Source of the DNA: Ascidiella aspersa
Taxonomy: Eukaryota
DNA: 64,000 bases
Assembly: GCA_963924565.1 (NCBI GenBank)
Contig: OZ004608.1
Coordinates: 38,812,001 to 38,876,000 of the forward strand
Direction: 5' to 3'
The position numbers were made by a program, and so were the translations under genes. Below the pieces are notes generated by a model, which searched no databases, was not told where the DNA came from, and worked only from the letters and a program-made list of their open reading frames with translations. The first letter of the stretch is position 1. Each line of letters opens with the position of its first letter. Positions 50,201 to 62,200 of this stretch are shown here, piece by piece.

Positions 50201-53200
50201 GGTTAGTTGAAAGTGGTTGATTGAAAGTATATTAGGGCAGATTTTTAAGGTATGTCGTTGAGCCTACAACTAGACCCACATTTTTGCTAATGTTTACAGG
50301 AAGTCCATATTTTTTTATATTGTTTGTAAAGTTGGAAAGACTGATTTATCCCCTCAAAACCACTTAAAACAGTATTGCATATGTACGAGTGTTTCAGTAA
50401 CTAACAAACAAATTCTAACATAACAACGTGCTTGTAGATGGCTTGCCCATGTCGGTTCTCAACTGCAAGAAGCAACAATCTAAGTTGAAACGATCGGGCG
50501 AGGCGTTCATCCAGGACGCGGCCTGCCACGAGATTGCAGTCATCCTTGGAACCGGCACTCAGTCCGGCTCCAACGGAACCCCTTCGCTCCCTCGGTGCCG
50601 GGAGTGCCGCAGCATCAAGCGGAAAGAAAATACGACGATATTCTGCAGATTCTACGGCTTTAGAAAGTAAGTATAAGTTAGAGCTTGACTAGGAAGTAGG
50701 AACAATATACTGTATGGCATTATAATGTGAGAATGTTGGTAATTAAAAAAATATACATGCAAAGAAAAAAAAATGGTAACAATTTTTAAAACTGATTTAT
50801 ATTTAAACTGACTTGTCTAAATGCATTTTTTTAAAGGCATTTTTTCTGTATAAAAATTATTTAAATTAAAAAAATTGCGTTGGTTATTCTGACATTCTTT
50901 TGTATGGAATTTTTTACCTACTATAACTATGAATTTAAACAAGGAAGAAGCACGAGCTTGTGTAAACACAATCCCCCTTAATCTGCCATCCAACATATTG
51001 AATAATTTATAGCTGACATGCCAATAATGTTTCACAGAGCTCATACATAAAGCCTTGGGTCGGGGTCACTAGGCTAAATGGCTTTCTATGTAATCTGTTT
51101 CTCTTACACAGCAAAATATTTTATTACATACCTTGTATATTACCAAAGCAAAGTATTTTTAAATCAATTAGCTTTGCCAACTTTAATCTGAAGAAAATCC
51201 TATATATTTAGTCCCATTTTTAAAGACATTAAATCTCTATAAATGGAATGCGTTTAGATTTGCATTTGAGGTCTTAACATTTCAACAACACACACAAGAA
51301 ATATATTTTTTAAAACATATATACTTTTTTTTAATCATATGTTCCTGGTGAATTGGGTAAAAATATGTTTTTTCAGGAGCTAATATTCAGAAATTTGTGA
51401 TTTACATAACGTTTAAACTTTTTAACTTCCACTTTTGCATTCATGAATGGAATGTTGCAGCGTTATTAAAAAACTTCAATCATAAACTCCCAGTAAATTA
51501 TGTTTTTCAAGATTCCATAAACATTTAAATTTTTTTCAATTTATATAAACATTTGAACTTTTTAATTTCCAGATTAGCATTTATGAACGGAACGTTGCAA
51601 GGAGCCGGGTTTTGCGATCCTGAAGATAGCAAGCACCAAGACTTGATGTTGTGGCTCCCGACGTACAGTGACCAGGTGAAAGCCTCCAGCGCAGTCATAA
51701 CCACCACCCAACAACAACCTTCACTTGACCTTGAAGCGTGCAAGTACATAATGAGTCACATCGGAGGTCAATTCTGCGAACTCGTCAACAAGGAACGCGA
51801 AGCTCTGTTTGGTGTCGACAAACAAGGTAATTCACTCCCTCCCAGCAAAAAAATGTGATAGAATTATATACATTCTGAACAAAATATTCATAAAATTGGT
51901 TGAGCATAATACAGTAACCAACATGGGATTAAGAGATATAGTTATTCAGAACTTTTTCAAAACATATTTTGCTATATAGATATAGTCAATAACTGCCACA
52001 TGCATTTAATGATGTTGATTAGTAAGACAATAATGTTGCTTGTACATATAAGAAGAAGATATTTTTTGTGGATTTATTAAAATTGATTTGCACTCAAAGT
52101 TATTTATGTACATTGGTATAACCCTTTTTTTTCTTTTTGTCAAAAAGAAATTAATTTATGACAAATAAACCTAATGATTAATAAAAAATGAAATTAATTT
52201 AAATTAAAAAAAATAAAATAAAATTTATTGCATTGTTTGTTTCATTCGATTAGCGTGTTTTGCAACAACAATGACACAACAAACACCAGTTTTAATGCAC
52301 TGTTTGTTCGTTTCCAGCCAAAGTGTTTTGGAAGCGTCCTGTGGCCGGGGTTCGTGAGATGTGCGACGCTTGCGAGACGACCCTGTTCAACCTTCACTGG
52401 GTCTGCCCCAAATGTGGCTTCGGAGTTTGCTGTGATTGTTACAACGCAAGGCTTGCCATGAAGAAAGAAGGTAAATAAAACCAAAACAAAAAACAATGCT
52501 TGCATAGCATGTAAAGGGAATTTTGTTTCAGATTTGGGTAAAAAATACCTGTAGTATTTTGTTAAACACTGGTTCACAACTGGGATGCCGTTTCTAATGC
52601 TCTAGGGTGCCAAACAATATTTGGAAATCTTTAGGAATCCCATTCTACGCAATTGTTTAGCCTCTTACAATTATTTGTATGCAATTAGAGTACAATAGAT
52701 CAAATTATACTTTCCTACATTGAGTTAATGTGTGTCAAATATAGTGAACTGACCTGCGACTGCTTTAATTTGCGAATTGGATTTGTACAAAACTCGAAAA
52801 CATTTACCCCTTTTTTCAATATAGTTATAGGTTACCCTTAAAGAATTTTATGTGCATTTTAAAGTTTTTAAAATAATAAACTTAAATAAAGCTGTTTGCG
52901 GATGCCTTGCAAATATTATTGTTGTTCATTTGTTGCAGAACTTGAGGCTTATGACAGCGATAAGAACAACTTGTACCGGTGGATGCGTTGTACCAAGGGG
53001 AAGCACCACCTTCCCCAGCACCTCATGCCAACACAGATCATCCCAAGGTAACAGAGACATCAAAACTTTAACGATGCTTACTGTATAGGTTTAAGTGGAG
53101 CCAGTCTTACCAAACTAAAACTGTGTAAATTTTCTCTGAATGAATCGAGTAGAAATTATCTTTTTTTGCTTTATGGACTTTGACGAAACACTGAAAACTT

Positions 53201-56200
53201 TTTTTAAACTTCTTATTGCTACCACTCATATGTTAATCGGTACTATAATGTTCACATCCAAATATTAAACTTGCAAATGTTAAGTGGCTGCAATATCAAG
53301 CAGGGCTGTGGAGTTTATTAAAAATAACTGACTTTGGCTGAATGTGATATTTCGTTGAGTGCAGGGTCAGACTCCACAGCCGGTTTTCCTCAAATAAACA
53401 AAACATTATATAAGTTTTGTTAATATTTTTCAGCACCAGCTTGTTTGACTTGTGTGAGATGACCCACCAGGCTCGTACCAAGTGGGACATAGGGTCTCAA
53501 TGTCGGTGCAAGAAGCCCACTGTGCCCCCGATCCTGCCCCAACGCTCAAACAACCCAACTCCACTCTTCAAAAATCACTGTCACAGTAAGTAAATCTAAA
53601 ATCATACAACCATTTCAAAGGCCGTACAGAAGTAGGTAAAATTTTCAACGTTTGGCATATATATGTCTCTTTATTTCCAACTTATTTTTCAAAGTTTTTA
53701 AAAATAAATAAAAGTGAAACTGCTGAACCAACTTTATTGCACTTAATTTACTTTAAAAAAAGTCTGTTTCATTCAAAAATAAAAAATAAAAAGATTTTAG
53801 ATTTTTAACATGCCAACCCTTTTTAATTGTTCAAAATTAAAAAAAATTTCGAGGCCAATGAATATAAAGCCAACTTTAACATTTTGCAGTTTTTTGCAAT
53901 TTTCAACAAATTGAACAATGCTCGATAAACATGACGAATGCCGCAAAGTTGTTGATTCGCGCCTTAAAGCAAATTTGACAACTTGACCTTGTGTCAAAAC
54001 ATTTGACCTTGAACTGTACGCTGCATAGTGCCGCATATTGCGCATAGTGCCGCATAGTGATGTTAATGTGTAACGAGGTTTAATAAAACAATGTCGCAAT
54101 AAAGCAAGGTGTTTAACATTAAGCCATAATGGCCGGCTGTGCAAACTTACTTTATGTTATGACGCCAGTAAATTACTTTCAACAAACAACTTCATGTGAA
54201 CTCAATGAAGTTGGCAAAAACAAGCCATGTTAAAAAATTTTGTCAGTTAACTCTTTACCTAATTAAATTTAATTATTTATGCCTAACAAAGTTTTGTTTA
54301 TTATATTTAGAAACGCTACTTGTGTGTCAAGTTTGCAATGTATTTTTAAATTTGTTGAACAATAATATCAGAGCATTTTGTTTATTTCCTATGTTGTATT
54401 AAATGTAACACCACACAATAATGCACAAACACAGTATTTTGAGGAAATATCAATATAGGTAGCAGTGGTTTATATACTTTAATTGTATTCCTCTTAATAA
54501 GAATGAAGTAGGTGACCATGTTGAGAAAATGAATAAAGACAGCTTCCAAACCTTCGAAATGCTTCTTACTTCCATATAGCTTTGATATGTATTTTACGTC
54601 TCACTACAACCTCCAACCATTATCTTAAGATTTATTTAAAACATTCATAAAATGCCTTCTACTTCTGTATGGGCTTTTGATGTTCTTACGTCCAACTACA
54701 ACCTCCAGCCATTATTCTTCAAAGTGTATTTTACCTAAAAAGTGAATTCTTTTCAGACGCTATGATGTCGCAGAACAACTCGAAGCAGAATGCCAGTCCG
54801 AACAAGAGCGATTCGAAACAACAGAATCGTGACAAGTAAGTAAATATTTATATTATTCCTTATTCTTGCAAACTTTATTTTGTGGAACAATGTAACAATT
54901 TCAAAACTAAATTCCATTGTTCATTTAAGGTTAATATGCTAATATCTTGTGATGCTTTTTCAGTGCAATTATTCTAATTGCTTTATATACTTTGTTTTTG
55001 AACCTAAAAAAATTTGTAAAAATATTCCAAAATTTGTAAAACAAACAAGATAAGAATTGCGTCCCACCACCTTTTATAAGCGAGGTTAAATAGATTTCTC
55101 CGACATCAACTAACGAGCCGACATTTACTGCGAAACATTAACAACTAATAATCGAACAAGTTAGTGCTGATTTGAAAGAAGATGATATTGATCTACTCGA
55201 CCTTTTTTGATTTGCGATTCATTATCCAGCTACATTACAGATCCGTGCATAGTATGCAATCCTCTAGCAACATAATAAGTAGTAAGAAATATTCATTTTT
55301 TTTTGCAGCAACCGCTTTAAGAGTTACGACTGCGAGAGTTCAGCTTCCCCCCTCGATTGGCTGGCGAGCATCGCGCTCCGGGAGCAACGAAAGTCGTCAC
55401 CCACATCCAAACCCAACCCAAGGTGGGGCTGACGAGTAAAGCACCTGACAAACTAACCTTAGACCTCCATCACTACTAGCTCTGAACATTTCTAATTAAG
55501 ATGCCAGCACTGCTGTGCAACTAAAAAATAATAAAATAAATAAATAAATGAATTTTGTCAAAAAAATGACCTTTTTTTTAGTCAAACTTGGTTTGTCTAT
55601 GTTGTTCCAAACTTTAGACGGGTCGTCATGAAAGAAGACAGTTAACGAACAAATAAATAAAGTCCTAAATAATTAAAACTTTAGTCGAAAGCTTTCCCGA
55701 TAACCCTTTCCTGCTTATTCTGCGTGTTTGTGCGTCGACGTAGCGTTGTTTGGCCAATTAGTTCACTGTAAATAATTAAAAAATCGCTAAAAAGCTTAAT
55801 ATTAGCTCCGGGCATTGAATCCTTCTTTGCAGACTTTCACTCTCCAGATATTTGTAGACTTTAAATTTATTGTGATTTTTTTGTGTTTTTTTAGTGACGA
55901 CAAAAACAGCAACTCCGCTGAAAAGGAAACGGATTCCACGAACAACAACAAACAAACAGGTGGGTAGAGCGTTGCTATAGGAACGGTGGTCGGTTGTCAT
56001 GGAGATTGGGCTGTTACCATGGAAATAGTAATATAAGAGGTGTAGGGTAATAAGGTTAATTAGTATTTCTGAAAAAAAAAGTTTTTGTTTGTATTAATAG
56101 TGAGTCAGTGAGAGTTTCATTTATGTTTTGTTTTGTGGGAAAGGACACGTAATTGTTTTGTATTTATTCTGAGAAACTTAAATAATATATTACATCAAGT

Positions 56201-59200
56201 GGAATCTGGTCAATTTAGAAACCAAAAAATTATGGTTGTTTGCTGCAGTAAAAGCATACAGCGTTGGAATATGCTTAGCATTCTACATTAACTATTTGCA
56301 TGGAGATGTCTTTGTAGGACTTAAATTTGACTGCAGCCTCCTACACGACACATTATGTTATTAGGTGGATGGATTCAATAATTTATGTCCTGGTTCTATT
56401 TTAGGCGAGCCTTCATTAAGCTTTAACCCAGCAATGAATGTCCTACGATTGCAGTATACAAGCAACTATGATCCATAACACAATGGAAGAAACCTCACGG
56501 GATTAAAATCAAACTACCCGCCTTAGTTGCACTTACAAGCCACAATCGATAAAAAACCGCCACTCCGCTGCATGAAGTGGTATTACTACATTTAGTACGA
56601 CGATTAAGAGGTCTGATTGATTGGCCGATTCGTATATTCGTAAATGCTGTCATTTTATTACCCACAAATCCACACCGGATATATTTTATATTCATTATGT
56701 CTTCAAATTACCTTAGGTTTCCCGACATGATTGAATCCTATTATAGTTAAGTAAAAATACGGGTCGTTTTTGATAAAATAAAAATGCTTACTGCGTGGCT
56801 TGCTCTGTTGCGACATCAAGTGACTACGCGCCTGCTTTAAAAAATAGTTGAGGACGCACCATGTTAGATACTCGATTTTCTTTTTATTTCAAAAAAGTGT
56901 TGTTTCTGTTTTTTGTGACCAACATAACCTAAATAGTCTGCCACACCTTTAATTAAAACTGCGACCTCTTTCAACTCAAGTTTTTCTACTAAAATTGGTT
57001 CCAAATTTATCCTAAAAACATAGAATCTCGCAACAAAGATTCGCAGAACTGTAGTTAGTGACTAACTCTTAGTTTATTTGTTGAGCAGCTCGTATCCCAA
57101 GCCACCTGAGCAACACTTGGATGTGCAATGGCAAGTTCCCGACACTGAACGACCACTCGAGCACAATAAGCATCGACAACTTCCAGATGCACTGGTTCTG
57201 TGGAATGGTGAGTGGTTCACTGGTGTACGTTGGGATGTGCGATTATATGTGGAGAATCTATAAATTAAGCAACAGATCGTCTTATTTATGCGCAGATAGT
57301 GGCTAAGACAAATTTTTATGAATTTTAGACTAAATGACAATTTAATTTAATAAAGCCCCTTGCAATTTCCAGTAAATAATTGTAAAGATATTTTTTTAAA
57401 CAATCGGTTTTGTTGAAAAATGAAATATTAAGTCACTACTCTGACAGCAATAGAAGGCCATTAAATAAACTTTTATACTTCTAGTCACATTTTAATAACT
57501 AAACTGGATTAAGGAGCATAATGGCTGAAGGTTGTAGTTAGACGTAATAAGAATATCAAAGCTCATGCAGAAGTAGGAAGCATTTTGTAAACGTTTTGAA
57601 TAAATGTCTTTAGCATCTAATTTATTAGACAACAAAGTTATCCGCTTAATGAATATTCCGTGTTTCACCCACAGCCTGTTGTTTCATCTGGCGCCACCAA
57701 AAACCTGGATCGAAGTTTGTGGACTCCTGACTCGATATGCGCTGAACACGGAGATGAACCAACTCGTAATGCGCTCATCAACTGTAGGGAGGGTTCGGTT
57801 ATCACCAACGCTTATATCAAGGACTTCTGGAACGGCTTCGAATGCATTGCGAGTAAGTGGAAATCTTTTGAATTTTGTGTGTTATAATATTGGAAAAACC
57901 ATATGTTTTTTTTCAAATTGAAGGGTGCTATGCAATATTAGGGTAAAAATATTTTATTAATGAGTTCTTTTTCTTTTTTAATCAATTTTATTTTTACAAA
58001 ATCTGTTTAGTTTATTAAATGACTCGGCAATCACAATAAGAAATAGTTAGGTCAAACTCCAATTTTATTCCTTTTGCGACATTTTACCACAGACTTATTT
58101 CCATATTTAAAAGAAAAACTGTTGCTGTTATGGTGATTTACTTATACCAATTAAACATAAAATAAACATGAAAAAACACATTTTGAAAACTTAATGCTGT
58201 GTGCTTTGTTATTTCTTAAATTCCTCCCATTATGACGTAAACAAAGCCTATTGTTTAATTGGAACTTCCACACAATAGCATGTATGTTGTTCTGACTTGA
58301 ATGTTGTTCAACATTAACTGACCAATGTGTTTAGATCGCTTGCGTGACGAGCATACTGGTGAGAAGATGATCTTGAAGTTGAAGGATTGGCCGACCACTG
58401 AAGACTTCATCGACACAATGCCGGAAATGTTCAAGGTAGGTTTGCTGGCCACTGCTGTCGATGACATCATACCATCCAAAGCAGCTTTTAAACCTGGGAA
58501 ATTAGAATGAAAGCTTTTTTTCAGTGTTTCCTTTTCAGTGACATTGGATCAATTTATTTCTCAAAACAGCCCTTGAATGCCCTGCCTGAATTCAAAAGGT
58601 GAAAAACTAGCTATTTCGGTGCACATAAAGTAATAAGGTTTGCGCGTTCAAATTTATGAAACAACACCTAATTAAACCATCAAATAACCAAATAAGTGTT
58701 CTTTAAATCGATCAATCAAATCAAAACGTGACAAATGTTAGGGTTATGTATTCACATTTAACATAAACTGCAATGTAAGCAGGTTAATGCTTCATTGAGA
58801 CATAATGCCTGCAGGTTGTACTAATGTACTTAAACGTGGAATGGATACAAAAGCCCATGCAGGAGTAGGTTTAACCGTTGATATTTTCACAGGACTTGAT
58901 GAAGGCGCTCCCCCTCCCCCCTTATACGTCACGGGAGGGTAAATTCAACCTTGCGGCTCATCTACCCGAGTTCTTCGTGAGACCGGACCTCGGGCCCAAG
59001 ATGTACATCGCATACGGTGAGTCGAATCAAATATTCAACTGGCTTGGAATGTTGGCGCTTTCACGTTTGATGTTCTGTGGAGCGGTGTGTTAAAGCAGTG
59101 TTTCTCAAACCTTTTTTCGTGGCAGCATAAATACTAAACGATAGGTATGACAGCGAAGCTATGTCGACCCAATTTCCTTCACCGAACTTTTTGTGAGCTT

Positions 59201-62200
59201 ATTGTGAATAAAACTCATTGCAAAGAGTAGAAAATAATAAAATAATGAAAAAGAGAGAGAAATCTTACAATTTCATTAAGTCTAAATCATGTAAAACTAC
59301 TGCAGTCGTCGACCCAACAAAATCAAAGTGAGACCAATGTTTGGGTCGCGACGCATGGGCGGAGAAACACATCTGTAAAACTACACCATAAACCCAGGCG
59401 CCTCATACCAACCAAGCCGCTTATTGCCCAATAACTTAACCACCATTATGTTGTTAGGTTGGGTTACTGAGGACGACTGGAGCCAAGGTACGACCAACCT
59501 CCACCTGGACATCTCAGACGCCTGCAACCTCATGGTGTATGTGGGGGTTCCCCGGGACCAACCACCGGGGGCGCTAGACACACTTGTCAAGGTAATTATT
59601 TCGCACTGGGGAGTAATACACGGGTATATATGTTGGTGTTGTCGTTTTATTGGGTTTAGAATGGCCACAGAGCATAAAGTGCATAGTTTCACTAAAGGTG
59701 TTAGTTCAACGAATTTATAAACACGTTTGATGGATACATTGCCTTATACATTAATTTATTAGGTTTAATTACGACATGGTCGCTTTTTCTGGGCTTGGAA
59801 TCACCCGCAGAGCATAATTTAAATTCAGTTTGTTTCTTGTCCAAATTAAAAACATTTAACAAACAAAGAACGCAATAAAGCGCACGTGTGGTGTTAAGTG
59901 TGGTGTATTGCATAATGTATTGTCAAGCCAGTTTATTGGCTTTACTTTAATATAATTATGAACACCTTCGACGCAACAGAACTTAAAAAATGATAAGTTT
60001 TTAATTCTGTACTTTTAAAAACGAACCGTGTCCTTCACAGCGACACTGTGTGGCGAGAGACACTTTTTACCCCTTTATCCCATTGTTAGATCATAAAGGA
60101 GGGTGACGTGGACGATGCTCAGATCGAGCGAGCCAAGAAACACAAAGCTGGGGCTCTGTGGCACATCTTCAAGGCTTCCGACACCGACAAGATAAGAACA
60201 CTCATCACTAAGGTAGCTATCAAGTAGAAGTTCGTTAACGTGTAGCATTTTCAATTTAGCAAAATTAAACACACTTGTAAGTCATAACTAATCAATTGTT
60301 TAAAAATACTGCATTTAAAAAACACGATAACACGCTGTATCGAGCAAATAGTAGTTATTCTTTAACCTCTTAAACGTGTAGCATTTTGAATATATCCATG
60401 CAAACTACTTTATTTACAGCAATTTAGTCATAATCAATTGTTTAAAAACACTGCATTCGACAAACAAGTAAAGAATATAGCGCAAACCTTTCAAGCAAAA
60501 GCAACAAGCACAAATGTAAAGTTCGAATTGAATTTGTTCGCGCTTGTTTGTGTGTCTTCCGTTCTTTTAAATTTGTAAAAAGCGTTGGTTGAAAAAATAA
60601 CCAAAATACCCTACACATCCCTTGATTTTATTGTTAACCGTGTTTTGGAAAAAAGGATTAGAAACATTATTACTAAGGTGTCAATCAAGTAGTAGTTCAG
60701 TTGAACTGCAGCTTTTTCACCCTTTGCTGATTTATTTTGCACTAAATGTGTAAATGTTGGGACCTTTGACCTAAATTCACAGGTCGGAGTATCAAGTTTA
60801 ATCTTTGCCGTTAAAACAAACATTTTTTTGTTTCAATTATGTTGACTATTGCTTTTATTCTTTTATATGCAGCCTTGGTTATGTGTCTAGAAAGTGTCGT
60901 CGTAAAACAATTTTTTATTGTTTTAACCATGGTGTTTATGTTTTTTAGAATTATGTTAGAAAAACGTCGAGCGATCGAAATTTAGGTCATTAAATAGCTA
61001 TAAATTAAGTGCTTAGAATGTTTTTTTCATAAACAGTAGACGACCAATAATGAAACTTATTTTCGGTTCGGTTTAACAACCTCTTATTTCTCCTCAACCT
61101 CCTATTGTTCCTCCAGGTGAAGAAAGAGTCCGGCTCTTCTCCCGGGAACGACCACGACCACGACCCGATTCACGACCAGCAGATCTACCTGGACAAGAAG
61201 TTAAGGAAGAGGTTGCTTGATGAATACGGAGTCGAGGCTTACCCTATTGTCCAGTGCGAGGGAGACAGTGTATTCATCCCAGCAGGGGCGCCACATCAGG
61301 TAACAAACCTCCAACATATACGCTAGTAGTAAGCCTTGCTGCTGCCATCAAAGTTGGTTATTAATGCAACTTTTTCCGTCCCAGCAATTATTTGGCTCGT
61401 ATTCTATATCGGGATATTCGATATGCTATATATTCGACAACCGATACCCGATATTTCGGACAAAAAGTGTCCGATACCAAATGACGTCATTACTATACTT
61501 GAACGTTGTCAAGTTATTTTTAAATAATAAATAAAGGCCAAAATTTGCTTAGCGTTAAAAAGTTTGAATCGGGTGTCGGCAATCCAATCCGATAGCGCGA
61601 CATCAGTTAAGGCATCTACTGTGCTATAGGCAATAGGCATGTTATGCTGTGTTAGAATAACATTGCACTTTTCACTTTCATATATTCTGATGTTTGAGCA
61701 TTGTAATGACGTCATTTGGTACCGAACCGCGAAACTTTTTGTCTAAAAACATCGGGTATTGCTTTGCTATCAAATGTATATCATCGTACAACCCTACTTA
61801 CCAGCCACAATCTAGAAGTTTCCAACTGTCACAAGTGTTATTTTATCCATTCAGGCCTTTTTATTCGAATTTAAGTCTTAATCAGACAATTTTGTAGCTT
61901 ATTCTGTCATTGCTTTTACTGTATATTTTTACTATCTCGGTGGGTCGTGAAACAATGACATTTTGGATTATATATGGTTGCTTTTTACCAACCACATCCT
62001 CCTTCTTGGGAAGCCCCAACAGTTTTAGGACTTATCCAGACGATGCTAGATCTTATTCTGTCACGGATATTACTGTGTATTTTGCTTTCTTATTTCGTTG
62101 CTATTAATACACTGGCATTATAAAGTATTCTGCACTAGATATTGTTGCTCTGTAGATCTTATCGTGTGTTCGATTAAAACTGAGTTTCGGTATGGAATCA

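Noticed and set aside
56405-56478. Possible missing exon after ttctattttag in intron 18
   Set aside because: In-frame TAA after 24 codons, no good donor and no KDM3 similarity; exons 18 and 19 already join in phase.
61482-61714. Two extra TGACGTCA sites as regulatory CREs
   Set aside because: They lie in the inverted arms of a MITE, so they were excluded from the CRE count.
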